Assembly (NCBI GenBank): GCA_039090665.1 | Contig: JAWCSL010000001.1 | Location: forward strand, 46,524-110,523 | Length of the DNA: 64,000 bases | From: Candidatus Aenigmatarchaeota archaeon | GTDB lineage: Archaea; Aenigmatarchaeota; Aenigmatarchaeia; CG10238-14; SCSR01 | Reading direction: 5' to 3' | Notes under the pieces: model-generated | Told to the model about the DNA's origin: nothing | Databases searched by the model: none | What the model saw: the letters and a program-made list of their open reading frames with translations, nothing else | In this document: positions 28,404 through 39,427 of the stretch, piece after piece | Position numbering within the stretch: position 1 is the first letter of the stretch | Layout of the letters: each line of letters starts with the position of its first letter | Program-made: the position numbers and the translations under genes

Positions 28404-29273
28404 ATGAAGACAAAACACTTAATTCTTTTACCAATTGTTTTGCTGCTTTTAAGTCCTGTTGTTGCTCAAACCGAAATAGCTATTCCGATTGAAGCGATCA
28501 AAACAAGAACGGAAGAAATTCCAACACAAGCAACAAAGCCAATAGAAATTGATATAAGAAAAGCAGAAGAAATTAAATCCTTGCCAGCTGGTTGTAAAAA
28601 TTTGTGTGGTGATGGAACATGTCAAGAAATAGTTTGTCTTGCAATTGGTTGCCCTTGTCCAGAAACTAAAGAAAGTTGTCCTCAAGATTGTGGAGCTATA
28701 GAAAAAACAGCTCAGCCTATAATAACATTGCCAACGGAAGCTAGCATCAAGATCTCTCCTGTTGCCGAAAAACCTGTGCTGATTGAAGATAGGCCAGTTG
28801 AATTCAAGGGTGTGGAAGAAATTCCTTTGATCTCAATTGAAGTTAAGCCTGTTTTGCTTGCCTTGCCTTCCCAAGTTTCAAGCTTAGCAAGACCAGAAGT
28901 TAGTGTTAAAGTTGATATTGATGAAAAAGAAAAAATAACAAAATTGGAAGTTGGAGGTGTAGTTGCAGTGACAAAAGAAACTTTGAAGTTTGAAAATTCT
29001 TCCTTGAAAATTGAAACTCCGAAAAAAGAAGTTTTTGTCAACATCATGCCAAATTTAGCCGAACAAATCACACTCTTCAATGAAAAACAAAAAATAGAAA
29101 AAATGGAATTAAAAAGCGAGGAAGATAAAGCAGTTTATGAAATTGAGGGTAAGAAAGAGGCCAAGTTGCTTTGGATAATTCCGGTAACAATTCCCATCAA
29201 AACTGAAGTTAATGCTGAGAATGGAAAGATAGAGGGAATTGAAAAGCCTTGGTGGAGCTTTTTAGCAATTTAA
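28404..29273 (+). CDS. Secreted protein with Cys-rich module and C-terminal PepSY-like domain
   Basis: Signal peptide; CGDGTC...ETKESCPQDC; VYEIEG...VNAENGKI...KPWW. Confidence 0.75.
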   Translation: MKTKHLILLPIVLLLLSPVVAQTEIAIPIEAIKTRTEEIPTQATKPIEIDIRKAEEIKSLPAGCKNLCGDGTCQEIVCLAIGCPCPETKESCPQDCGAIEKTAQPIITLPTEASIKISPVAEKPVLIEDRPVEFKGVEEIPLISIEVKPVLLALPSQVSSLARPEVSVKVDIDEKEKITKLEVGGVVAVTKETLKFENSSLKIETPKKEVFVNIMPNLAEQITLFNEKQKIEKMELKSEEDKAVYEIEGKKEAKLLWIIPVTIPIKTEVNAENGKIEGIEKPWWSFLAI

Positions 29274-29581
29274 TCCATGCCTTTTAATTTTTGTTCTTTG
29301 TAAGTTGGCTTTTGAAGAACAAAAACAGACTTTAAAGCTTTTTTGAATCTGTATAGTGTAATTGGGTCTGTGATAATAACACCATCAACTTCAAATTCTC
29401 CTCCCACAACTTTTTCACCTTTTTGATAAAGTGTTTTATCAACTATGTAGAACAAATTTGTCCCTTTTGACCTAAACCATTTTCTCTCTCTACAATAAAC
29501 AAAATTTATTGATCCAGATTTTTTGGGCATAATTTCTTGAATTTTTTCCGCATCTTCAGGAATGTAACTTTCTAATCCCAA
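29270..29581 (-). CDS. Hypothetical protein
   Basis: 103-aa ORF, TTG start. Confidence 0.5.
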   Translation of the reverse strand: MGLESYIPEDAEKIQEIMPKKSGSINFVYCRERKWFRSKGTNLFYIVDKTLYQKGEKVVGGEFEVDGVIITDPITLYRFKKALKSVFVLQKPTYKEQKLKGMD

Positions 29582-30014
29582 TTCTTTATTCTTCTTTCAA
29601 ATTCACCAAAAAGTTTATTTAAGTCAGAATATATTTCTAGCTCTTTTAATCCAAAAACAGTTTTGCCAGAAAAAGAGAATTCTGCTTTAATTGGTCTCAA
29701 AAAGTAAAAGGAAGTTTTTCATTTTGTTGATCATATAAAATTAGAAGAAGTTTAAATGTTTAAGCTTTTTGAGTTAAAGATTTAAATTCAAACTCTGGCT
29801 ATTGTATTAGGAAAAACAGAGTTCAAAACCTTAACCAATTTCCTAGCTTTTCTTCTGTTTTTTGTGGAAATAGTTCCTTCCAGCTTAAATTCTTCACATC
29901 TAAGCTTTCCGTCTTTTTTACACAATTTCCTTTAATTTTATACGACTTCCGCATCTTTTGATTTAAGCCAATACCTATTGATTTGATAAACAACAGAAGG
30001 ATCTTCTGATGGTA

Positions 30015-30527
30015 TTAATCTTTAATTTCTAAAACAGCTTCTTCAAAACTTTTCACCTTCTTCTTTGCAGGCTTTTCATCTGGAAAACCCAAGCCTATAT
30101 TAGCTAAAACTCTGTACTTGCTAGGAATTCCTAAAAGCTTCCTAACATAATCTTCCCTCTTTTGGTCTTCTGGTGAGTAAACAGCATTCCAGCATGTGCC
30201 TAGGCCAAGCTCTGTTGCTTTAAGCATTAGCAGCATTATTGCGCAGCTCAAATCTTCTACCCAGTGTCTTGGGCTTTTGCTTTCTTCTGCCAGTGCTACT
30301 ATCACCACAGGAGCATTAGCCAAAAAAGCCGACCAAGGCTGGGTCTTGCTCAAAGCCAGAATTTTCTCTTTATCTTTTACAACAACAAACTTCCATGGCT
30401 GAGAATTGTGAGCAGAAGGGGCAAAGCAAGCAGCTTCTATGCATTTCTTGATCAAATCATCACTTGGCACTTCTTTCTTATACTTCCTTATGCTTCTTCT
30501 TTTCTCAATAGCTTCAGAAAGTTCCAT
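30015..30527 (-). CDS. Nitroreductase family protein
   Basis: RRSIRKY, APSAHNSQPW, LGLGTCW. Confidence 0.95.
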   Translation of the reverse strand: MELSEAIEKRRSIRKYKKEVPSDDLIKKCIEAACFAPSAHNSQPWKFVVVKDKEKILALSKTQPWSAFLANAPVVIVALAEESKSPRHWVEDLSCAIMLLMLKATELGLGTCWNAVYSPEDQKREDYVRKLLGIPSKYRVLANIGLGFPDEKPAKKKVKSFEEAVLEIKD

Positions 30528-30550
30528 AATTCTTCTTTTAAATTTTGACT

Positions 30551-31585
30551 TTAAAGCTTTTCCAAAACAAAAACATGTGGATACAAACCACCAGACTCTA
30601 TTACTCTTTCTTCCACAACTTTAAACTTTTTTGTTCTGCAAACAAAAGTTCTGAAAGAGTCAGCTCTTAAAGTTAAAGCTACAATCCTTCCAGAATCTTT
30701 CAAGACTTCATAAGAAGAAGTCAAAAATTTCTCGTAAAGAGATTTCAAGTTTTTTCTCTTCATCCTTACCCCATAAGGTAAGTCTGTGATTATTTTATCA
30801 ATTGAATTTTTGGGGAAAGCTTCTTCAAGCTTTGTTGCATCAGCAACTTTGAACTCTATGAATTTTTTCAAACCATTAGCCTTAGCATTTTTAATTGCAC
30901 CTTCAACAAACTTTTTGTTTATATCGCTTCCAAAAATCTTTACTTTGTTTTTGAACAAGTCAGCTAACTCCAAAAGGATTGTTCCACCACCACACATCGG
31001 ATCAAGGACCATTTCTTCTTCTTTCACATCAGCTATCCTTATTAAACCATAAGCTATAGTTGACTTTATTGCCGCTGGATGAACAAATGGAAGTTTAAAT
31101 CTCTTGTACAAAGATTCTTTTGTTAATTGAGATGAAACTAAAACATCTTTTCCGAAAACATCAACTCTCAAGTTAACATCAAAATTTTCAAGATCAACTT
31201 TCAACTCGTATTTTTCTTTTATAACTTGGCCAACAACTTTTTGGATTTCAATTGAAGTGAAGGAATGCAAGCCTATCCTTTGTGAAGTAATTCTGAAGCT
31301 TTTTTTGTTTCTGAAAATCTCTGAAAGGTTTATTTTTTCAATTTTTAAGGCTATCTCTTCCAGAGCATTTTTATCAAGACTTGAAATTTGGAAAGAAGAT
31401 ATAAGCTTTGCTATGTGGTGAATTGATCTGAAAGAAAACAATTTTCTTGAAGATTCAGCTTCGATTAAAACTTTTCCCGGCAAATTTTTGAATTTACCCA
31501 AAAATTTTGCGCTTTTTATTTTTTCATTTAGCTCTAGCTTTACTATATCTTCAAAACCTGGGTCGCAAGTAAGGATGAACTTCAT
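30551..31585 (-). CDS. THUMP-domain RNA methyltransferase (Trm14-like m2G)
   Basis: THUMP region, HPAAI, LDPMCGGGTI, TDLPYG. Confidence 0.88.
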   Translation of the reverse strand: MKFILTCDPGFEDIVKLELNEKIKSAKFLGKFKNLPGKVLIEAESSRKLFSFRSIHHIAKLISSFQISSLDKNALEEIALKIEKINLSEIFRNKKSFRITSQRIGLHSFTSIEIQKVVGQVIKEKYELKVDLENFDVNLRVDVFGKDVLVSSQLTKESLYKRFKLPFVHPAAIKSTIAYGLIRIADVKEEEMVLDPMCGGGTILLELADLFKNKVKIFGSDINKKFVEGAIKNAKANGLKKFIEFKVADATKLEEAFPKNSIDKIITDLPYGVRMKRKNLKSLYEKFLTSSYEVLKDSGRIVALTLRADSFRTFVCRTKKFKVVEERVIESGGLYPHVFVLEKL

Positions 31586-31806
31586 GTTTTTCTCTGATTA
31601 AATTCATTTCCTTGAGGAGTTATAAAGCTGAAGAATTTGAGAATTTTTTTTGGTTTTGCTATTAATGTAGCAAGAAAAATGAAAAGAATTATCTTGTGGA
31701 AAAATTCAAAGAAAGTTGTTATAAACCATAATTTTTGTGTTTTTTTCCCATCAATTAGGTTCTTAGAAGAGAAACGGTATTAATTTTAAAAACTTTAATA
31801 ATAATC

Positions 31807-32568
31807 ATGTTCCAAATAGAAAGAGTTAAAACTTTGATTCCTGGATTTGATGAGTTAGTGAAAGGAGGAATCCCAAAAAGAAATATAGTACTGCTTTCAG
31901 GAGGTCCGGGAACAGGAAAAAGTATATTTGCACAGCAATTTATCTTCAATGGCTTAAAACAAGGTGAAAGAGGTGTTCTAGTAACTTTAGAAGAACATCC
32001 TGTACAATTGAGGAGGAACATGCTTGCTTTTGGTTGGGATGTAAAAAAGTTTGAAGAAGAAAACAAGTTTGCTATTGTCGATGCTTTCACAGGAGGAGTG
32101 GGAGAAACAGCGAAAAAGGAAAAATATGTGGTAAGAAGCACTGATGATATACCTGAGCTATTAGATGTTATAAGACAATCCATTAAAGATATAGGAGCAG
32201 AAAGAATTGTAATAGATTCTATTTCAACCCTCTACCTTACAAAACCTGTTCTGGCTAGAGGTGTTTTAATGCAGCTTAAAAGAGTTATTTCAGGTTTAGG
32301 TGCAACAGCCATTTTTGTTTCTCAAGTGAGTGTAACTGAGAGAGGATTTGGTGGGCCTGGAGTTGAGCATGCTGTCGATGGAATAATAAGATTAGATTTA
32401 GATGAAATTAATGGAGAGCTTGTTAGATCTTTGATAATATGGAAGATGAGAGGCACTGCTCATGATATGCACAGAAGACCTTTTGAAATAACAGACAAAG
32501 GTATAATTGTTGATTCAAAAAAGATTGTGAAGATGAGAGGAGAATTTTCAAAAATTTTGGAGGGATGA
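31807..32568 (+). CDS. Single-domain KaiC-like ATPase (Thermococcales PH0284-like)
   Basis: [36 protein letters not shown]. Confidence 0.9.
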   Translation: MFQIERVKTLIPGFDELVKGGIPKRNIVLLSGGPGTGKSIFAQQFIFNGLKQGERGVLVTLEEHPVQLRRNMLAFGWDVKKFEEENKFAIVDAFTGGVGETAKKEKYVVRSTDDIPELLDVIRQSIKDIGAERIVIDSISTLYLTKPVLARGVLMQLKRVISGLGATAIFVSQVSVTERGFGGPGVEHAVDGIIRLDLDEINGELVRSLIIWKMRGTAHDMHRRPFEITDKGIIVDSKKIVKMRGEFSKILEG

Positions 32569-32969
32569 ATATGGATGAAATACCTTTAAAGCCTGCAGGA
32601 AAGGAAGAAATAAGAAAGCTGGAATTATCTTTGATTTTAGGTACTTTATTCAGGCCAGATGTTCTTGAAAGTATAAGAATGGCAAGCGATAAGGTAACTT
32701 GGTTAGATTCTTTAATAGTTGCTGCAGGAGCTTTGGCAAGAGAAAGGGCTGGAATGACTGCATCTAAAATAGCTGAAGAATTGGGAAGAACAGAACAAAC
32801 TATAAGAAATCATTTGAATGAGAAAACAGAAGCAGGAAAACTTGTTAAAGCAACTTATAAAAGTTTCTTGAAAGGAGAAAAGTTAGAAGTTCTAATAACT
32901 TCAGAGGCAGAAGAAAAGTTGAAAAAAGTGAAACAAAAGCTTGAAGAAATACTCAAGGAAATTTCTTGA
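32565..32969 (+). CDS. KaiC-associated HTH regulatory protein
   Basis: [18 protein letters not shown]...[16 protein letters not shown]. Confidence 0.85.
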   Translation: MNMDEIPLKPAGKEEIRKLELSLILGTLFRPDVLESIRMASDKVTWLDSLIVAAGALARERAGMTASKIAEELGRTEQTIRNHLNEKTEAGKLVKATYKSFLKGEKLEVLITSEAEEKLKKVKQKLEEILKEIS

Positions 32970-32984
32970 ATTGGCTTTTCAATT

Positions 32985-33050
32985 TTTGCATTTTTTAAGT
33001 TTAGCTTGGTCACATTTTTTAAAACTTGAGTTGCAGTAAGGATGAACTTT
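32985..33050 (-). repeat. Degenerate copy of the 5' end of the THUMP methyltransferase gene (31505-31585)
   Basis: Shared AGTAAGGATGAACTT core; translates KFILT; flanks partially align. Confidence 0.6.
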
Positions 33051-33185
33051 AGGCTCATTATTCAAATTTTTCTTCAGTTTAAGGTCTAGAGTTTCAGAAA
33101 GCTCCTGGTTTAGTTCTAAAAAATATAAATAGTTTTTTAGGAAGAAAAATTCATAAGGAAGTTATTGCAATCATAATTTTTGTGC

Positions 33186-33619
33186 TTAAATGGATTTTTT
33201 CAATTCACAAATTTCTTTCTCCTTTTTCCTCAAGAGATCTTTGAGTATGTAGTTCAGGTTGTAATCTTTTGGCACTTTACCTATAACGCGGTTTCCTTTT
33301 GGTTCAGCTATGTTAACTATCAATGTTTCTATATCTTTTAAGTACCTAATTTTTTTAATTTCGAAATATAACAAACTTATCCCATTTTCCAGCATGTCTA
33401 TCTCTTAAGTGCCATCTTATTCTCCCATGGAGATTTTTGGTTAATCCAACATAGTAAAGTTCATCCCCCTTGTAAAGAGCATAGATCCCAGAATATCCTT
33501 TCATCAATTCTTTTAATTTTTCTTCAAATATAGGATCTTCGAGAATACTGCTTGGTAATTTTTTAGACATTCCTTTTATTAGAGCACCTTTTGTGCTCTT
33601 TTTGTTTTCTTTTTCCCAT
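33186..33619 (-). pseudogene. GIY-YIG nuclease-like gene, frameshifted
   Basis: SGIYALY...YYVGLT..L..RI..H, continued in another frame (KDIETL...PKGN). Confidence 0.75.
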
Positions 33620-33708
33620 CAATTAAAATTAATTCCAAAATAAATATCAATTTTTACTACTCTCAAGAGTTCTAAAGTTTAATTTTTCTCCTTTGCTAGG
33701 TTTGAAGT

Positions 33709-34345
33709 ATGTTTATAAAAGATTTTAGGAAAGAGGATAAACCTTTAGAAAGACTTGTAGAAAAAGGACCGGAAGCTTTAAGCAACACTGAACTTTTAGC
33801 TATAGCTTTATGGAAGCTTAATAATTGTTCTGTTTTTGAAAAAGCGAGCGAAATTTTAAAGAAGCAAAATGTTAAAAGACTTTTTGAATGTTCTGTTGGT
33901 GAGTTGGAAAATTTGATTGGAGACAAAATTAAAGCTTGTCAAATTGCTTCATGTTTTGAATTGGCTAAAAGAGCTTTCTCTTATGTTGAAGAAAAGCCTT
34001 TGATTGAAAGTCCAGAAGATGTTTATAGAATTTTAGGCCCGGAAATGCAAGGGTTAAAGCAAGAAGTGGTTAAAGTTGTTTTGTTGGATTCAAGAAATAG
34101 GTTAATTAAAATTGAAACTGTTTCGGTAGGAAGCTTGAATGAAAACTTGGTTCATCCTAGAGATGTTTTTAGAAAAGCTATAGAAAACAATGCTGCTTCT
34201 ATTATTTTAGTTCATAATCATCATTCAGGAGATGTTGAAGAGAGCGAAGAGGATATAAAAGTTACTAAAAACATAATAAAAGCTGCATACTAGGAATAGA
34301 AGTAAAGGATCATATTGTAATATGAGGTAATAGTTTTGTGTTTTT
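33709..34345 (+). pseudogene. radC: RadC/JAB family protein, C-terminally disrupted
   Basis: KGPEALSNTELLAI, VHPRDVF, HNHHSG; LGIEVKDHIVI lies out of frame after the stop at 34293. Confidence 0.8.
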
Positions 34346-34489
34346 CAAAAGATTACGAATATAATTTTTTCTAAGGAGAATATTAGTGAAATATCACTCA
34401 AAAGAAATAAAAATGATACGAAAATACTGGAAAAATAATCTCGACTTAAATTTTGATAAGTTTTTTAATTTTAACTTATCCACATAATC

Positions 34490-36511
34490 CTTTCAATCCT
34501 ACATTAATCTGATTTTAACGAAAAAACAGTTATATCACTGTTGCGATGACAAAAATCTTTCAATCCTACATTAGTCTGATTTTAACATTTTGATATTATT
34601 GAAATTTTTGATGAAAAGGAAGTCTTTCAATCCTACATTAGTCTGATTTTAACTCACAACTGCAGCAACTGCCACGAAAGCAAGTGGATCTTTCAATCCT
34701 ACATTAGTCTGATTTTAACTACTGATTGGCAAACAGGAGAACTTTTAGGAAAGTACTTTCAATCCTACATTAGTCTGATTTTAACCGTTCAAGTCTCCAG
34801 CCTCTGCTTTCACCGCATTCTCATCTACTTTCAATCCTACATTAGTCTGATTTTAACTAATCTATAAAAAGTGGTAAAAATAACTCTAGGTCTCTAGATC
34901 TTTCAATCCTACATTAGTCTGATTTTAACATAAATCTCATGCTTTGGTCCAAGTCAAAACGAAAGATCTTTCAATCCTACATTAGTCTGATTTTAACTGG
35001 CTTTTCTGTTTAAGAATATAATTTGGCTTGCAATAGCTTTCAATCCTACATTAGTCTGATTTTAACTAGTAAAATTGGCGAGAGAAATGCTTTATGAAGA
35101 AAATTCTTTCAATCCTACATTAGTCTGATTTTAACAATATATCTGGAGAGGAAGGCCTGCTTATGCAATCAGCTTTCAATCCTACATTAGTCTGATTTTA
35201 ACCTTTTTATCCTATTGCTAAGCAGCTTTTAAATTGGGTCTTTCAATCCTACATTAGTCTGATTTTAACAAGCAATGTGAATGTCACGCCAATATTCACT
35301 TTAACAGCCTTTCAATCCTACATTAGTCTGATTTTAACTATTTCACAATTAAGTGCGGAATGGAAATTGAAGTTTTCTTTCAATCCTACATTAGTCTGAT
35401 TTTAACAAGTATTTCTTTGCGGGTTTTCATCCCGCAAAACTACTCTTTCAATCCTACATTAGTCTGATTTTAACTAAAGTGACAAAGCAATGGTGGCTGG
35501 GTGATTGGTAAACTTTCAATCCTACATTAGTCTGATTTTAACACTGTTTTTTGGAAGTAGACTGGCGACAACTTTGTCTCTTTCAATCCTACATTAGTCT
35601 GATTTTAACCACATCAGACTGATTGGTTCATCATGAAGATAATAAACTTTCAATCCTACATTAGTCTGATTTTAACCTATGTTTTTCTTTCCAACTTTTC
35701 TGACCCAATCTTGCATGACTTTTTCTTTCAATCCTACATTAGTCTGATTTTAACCCTTTGTAAGTTCAGCTCTTTTGCCAGCTCATCTAACTTGCTTTCA
35801 ATCCTACATTAGTCTGATTTTAACTGGCAGTATGGAGAGAGAAATGAAAGTGAAAACTATAAACTTTCAATCCTACATTAGTCTGATTTTAACTTTGGAT
35901 TTGGATACCACATTCATCACACCTTCCATTCTTTCAATCCTACATTAGTCTGATTTTAACAAAAATCATACTGGAGATTGATGAATTACTTGCAACATAT
36001 TGCTTTCAATCCTACATTAGTCTGATTTTAACGTTGTATTTTAGGTTTCCAACTTCTGCAATCAAATTATCTTTCAATCCTACATTAGTCTGATTTTAAC
36101 TAATCAAGAGATGAATATGCTATTCCAACCACATGTGGTCTTTCAATCCTACATTAGTCTGATTTTAACTGTGGAAGGAGATTTAGATTCTGATGCAGAA
36201 CTTGATAACTTTCAATCCTACATTAGTCTGATTTTAACTTGTTTGGTGTTTATTATGTGTGTAGAATTCTTGACTCTTTCAATCCTACATTAGTCTGATT
36301 TTAACCTTTGATACAAACAAACAACACGCAAATACAGTTTAAGTTCTTTCAATCCTACATTAGTCTGATTTTAACAAAACTCGAACAAGGCCTATTCTCT
36401 TACTGCTATAAACTTTCAATCCTACATTAGTCTGATTTTAACTTGAAAAAATCCATCATTGTGTATAATAAAGTTTAAATACTTTCAATCCTACATTAGT
36501 CTGATTTTAAC
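34490..36511 (-). CRISPR. CRISPR array: 30 repeats of 30 nt (GTTAAAATCAGACTAATGTAGGATTGAAAG), 29 spacers of 36-48 nt
   Basis: Counted repeats; single-mismatch terminal repeat at 34490 marks the trailer end; 3' ATTGAAAG handle. Confidence 0.98.
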
Positions 36512-36609
36512 CCAGCCCGAAAGCCAAAATTTTTTCGATTAAAGCCGATTCCTTATATTTAAATCATCATGGATTTATAAAAAGCTATTTGTTTATAAAG
36601 ATCCACAAC
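36512..36609 (-). promoter_or_regulatory. CRISPR leader
   Basis: AT-rich non-coding stretch between cas2 and first repeat, with TTTATAAA / TTTAAATA boxes. Confidence 0.75.
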
Positions 36610-36873
36610 TTAGATAACCAAAGAAGGCTCTGCCTTTTTTATGCCTATATGTTCTTTTTGTAATACCTTGTCTGTTTGAAGTTGATAGATAATAACTGAA
36701 TCCTCATTTGCGTCTATTCTTTCTTTAATTCCAATTTCAACTTTCTTTAGTTCACTTTCAGTCAATTCTCCTTCAAAAACAGAATTTTGAATCCAATTCA
36801 AATATTGTCTTAGAAATTGACACACTTTATTAACTCTTTCCACCGAAACATCATAAACTATGATTACATACAC
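36610..36873 (-). CDS. cas2: CRISPR-associated Cas2
   Basis: YVIIVYDV, WIQNSVFEG. Confidence 0.97.
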   Translation of the reverse strand: MYVIIVYDVSVERVNKVCQFLRQYLNWIQNSVFEGELTESELKKVEIGIKERIDANEDSVIIYQLQTDKVLQKEHIGIKKAEPSLVI

Positions 36874-36874
36874 T

Positions 36875-37882
36875 CTACCACCAAATTACAAATGGTTCAT
36901 ATTTTTTAACTCCAAGCAAATGTTTTATGAGCTTATAACACTCTAGTCTAATTAATCTTTGAAAAGATACACTTCTTCCCAAATCTCTGTGTTTTATAGT
37001 AGTTTTAAGTTTTTCGTCATAGTGCTGTAAAAAAATCTTCTTTCCATTATTGTTAAGAAGAGTGTAGTTCAATTCCTTCATAAAATGTTTTTCTTCAATT
37101 ATTCGTTTGTTAATTAGCTTGAAGATAACCCTATCCGCTAATAAAGGTTTGAAAATTTCACTTAAATCTAAAGCTAAAGAAAATCTCCTTTCGAATGGTT
37201 CATGTAAATAACTTATGGTTGGATTTAATTGTGTGTTGTAAATTTCTGTTAATATTGTGGAGTAAACCAAAGAATTGCCAAAGCTAATTAAGCAATTTAT
37301 CATATTTTCCGGTGGCCTTTTTGTTCTTTTATCAAAATGGAACTTTTCAGGAAAAATTTTGTTAAAGCTTTGGTAATATGTATCCCAAATATTTCCTTCT
37401 ATTGCCATAATTGCTGGAATATCATTCTGTTTTTCCAGTTCATTTAAAAGAAATTTAATTTTTTCTATTTCATCTTGCAATTCTCCTTTTGTTCTTTCAT
37501 AATATTGTAAATTTTTCACAATATTCTGCCCGCAACCCTCAACAAATTTCTTTGCTAACTCTAACCTTTTCTCCTTGTTTAAATAATACTCAACTTGTTT
37601 TACTAGTAAATATCCCGAAACCAAAGTTTCTCTTGGATATAAACTACCTTCATAAAAGCCATATTTATTAAAGAAATGAATCGGCACACCATACTTTGAA
37701 AGATAAGAAACTACGCCAGAAGAGAAAGTTACTCTTCCGTGAGCAAAAATTGCATAAATCTTGTTTATCGGCAAAATTTTCTTTTCTACCTCACCATTTT
37801 CATTCTTTTTAATAAAATAAACTGTGTTTTGTTTTCTTTTTAAAATTCCATTGCTAGTAATATAGTAATTTACCTTTCCCAT
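36875..37882 (-). CDS. cas1: CRISPR-associated Cas1
   Basis: EGNIW..YY, NCLISFGNS, ISYLHE, LALDLSEIFKP. Confidence 0.97.
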   Translation of the reverse strand: MGKVNYYITSNGILKRKQNTVYFIKKNENGEVEKKILPINKIYAIFAHGRVTFSSGVVSYLSKYGVPIHFFNKYGFYEGSLYPRETLVSGYLLVKQVEYYLNKEKRLELAKKFVEGCGQNIVKNLQYYERTKGELQDEIEKIKFLLNELEKQNDIPAIMAIEGNIWDTYYQSFNKIFPEKFHFDKRTKRPPENMINCLISFGNSLVYSTILTEIYNTQLNPTISYLHEPFERRFSLALDLSEIFKPLLADRVIFKLINKRIIEEKHFMKELNYTLLNNNGKKIFLQHYDEKLKTTIKHRDLGRSVSFQRLIRLECYKLIKHLLGVKKYEPFVIWW

Positions 37883-37905
37883 TTAATTGTTTATAAGTTT
37901 GTTAA

Positions 37906-38469
37906 CTATTTATTAATCCAGCATAATTCAAAGTAGCTACATTTTCTACAATACTTTTTCTTTTCTGGTTTTGGTGGTTTAGGTAAACAAACTATTCTTT
38001 TAATTTCTTGAAAAAGTTTTTGTAATTCATTTTCTTTCTCCGGAGTTAGCTTGACTTCAACAATTTTTCTTTTAGATGGATAATTGATTATTCCTTCTGC
38101 GTTTTCGATCCCTTTCTCATGCTTAAGGTAGTAAAGATAATAAAGCATTTGATAATAGTGAGCCTCTTGAAATTTATCAGATTTTTTAATGTCATGAAGA
38201 ATAAGTTTATCTCCCTTTTTGATAAAATCTATAGATATCTTCTGATCTATAAGTATGTCTTTCTCTATATCTTTAAATGCAATTTCATGTAATATTTTAC
38301 CTAAAATTACAAGCTCAGATTCATGTTCCTGTGTAACATAATGAGAAAAATACCAAAGTTGTGTTTTACAATGAATGAAATAACTCACCTGAACTCCTGT
38401 AAACAAAGCCTCTTCTTCAAATATTTTCTGAGAGTTTTGAGAAAAATTGTCTTGCTTCACTAAATCCAT
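37906..38469 (-). CDS. cas4: CRISPR-associated Cas4
   Basis: HCKTQLW, IDF, DIKKS, QMLYY, CRKCSYFELC. Confidence 0.95.
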   Translation of the reverse strand: MDLVKQDNFSQNSQKIFEEEALFTGVQVSYFIHCKTQLWYFSHYVTQEHESELVILGKILHEIAFKDIEKDILIDQKISIDFIKKGDKLILHDIKKSDKFQEAHYYQMLYYLYYLKHEKGIENAEGIINYPSKRKIVEVKLTPEKENELQKLFQEIKRIVCLPKPPKPEKKKYCRKCSYFELCWINK

Positions 38470-39427
38470 ACACTTTTCTTGTTTTTTCTTTAAGCTCATA
38501 TGATATTTTTAAATTTACAAGTTTATCTAGTAGTTCTCCGTTTACATATCCATTGAGAAAATAATATAAAAACTTATTCAAAAGAGAAGATGACAATTCC
38601 CTGTATTGTTTATCTTGAATATATGTAGAAAAAATGAATTTTACAATGAAAGGGTAATCTTCTCTTCCAGTTAAATAACCTCCATACCATTTTGAAATAA
38701 AACTTTTCAATTTTGGAATAAAATACATTTCTTTTTTCTGTTTTGGAAGGTAACAAATTACTAATGTAACATCATCTCTTATGCCAATTTTTTCGAGTAA
38801 GGAGGGTATTCCCAGTTCTTCAACTTGTTTTTTCCAATTTTCTATTCCAAGAGATTCTTTTTTTATCCATGTAACAAATGATGAAATAAGAATGAAGGAA
38901 TAAATAAATTCGTTAAGAAGAGGCAAAACCTTTATGCCAATATTGTTCATTATTTTTTTTAAATCAATACCCCCTTTTTCTTTACCACTTGGAAAAATTA
39001 ATAGTTCTTCATTAATTAGATATTCTCTAAATTTACTCCTTATTCTTTCATCCACATTATCTAAATTTACTATGTATTCACCGCTATAAATTCCAGAAAT
39101 TATAAGATATAAAAATCTATAAATTTCGTCTTCACTCGGATTTTCTTTTCCAAGGTAGAAATTTGGTGCTTGGTCTGGAGATATTATTGTTGGTATGAGC
39201 GACGCATCATATTTTTTATCTTCCTTTACACACTTTTCTATCAGTGATTTAAAAATATTTAGCATATTCTTTTCTAATTCACTCTCATGAACTTTCATTT
39301 TCCCTTTAATAATGTAATAACCTTTTCTTAATCTCTGTTGTAATAATCTTCTGACTATTGGTAGAGCATAACTTCTATTACTTTTTTCCTTTAAGAAATT
39401 TTCTAAAAGTTCTTTATAGTTTGTCAT
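38417..39427 (-). CDS. Probable divergent Cas8a-like large subunit
   Basis: Position between cas3 and cas4 in an operon otherwise lacking cas8; no motif recognised. Confidence 0.55.
   Translation of the reverse strand: MTNYKELLENFLKEKSNRSYALPIVRRLLQQRLRKGYYIIKGKMKVHESELEKNMLNIFKSLIEKCVKEDKKYDASLIPTIISPDQAPNFYLGKENPSEDEIYRFLYLIISGIYSGEYIVNLDNVDERIRSKFREYLINEELLIFPSGKEKGGIDLKKIMNNIGIKVLPLLNEFIYSFILISSFVTWIKKESLGIENWKKQVEELGIPSLLEKIGIRDDVTLVICYLPKQKKEMYFIPKLKSFISKWYGGYLTGREDYPFIVKFIFSTYIQDKQYRELSSSLLNKFLYYFLNGYVNGELLDKLVNLKISYELKEKTRKVYGFSEARQFFSKLSENI

Noticed and set aside
29600..30014. Possible gene remnant between the 103-aa ORF and the nitroreductase
   Set aside because: Only short broken frames; no recognisable family
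35407..35444. Hairpin TTTGCGGG/CCCGCAAA as a terminator
   Set aside because: It is a CRISPR spacer, i.e. captured foreign sequence
36111..36293. 60-aa ORF inside the CRISPR array
   Set aside because: Translation of repeats and spacers
34520..36481. Self-targeting spacers
   Set aside because: None noticed by eye; cannot be excluded without an alignment search
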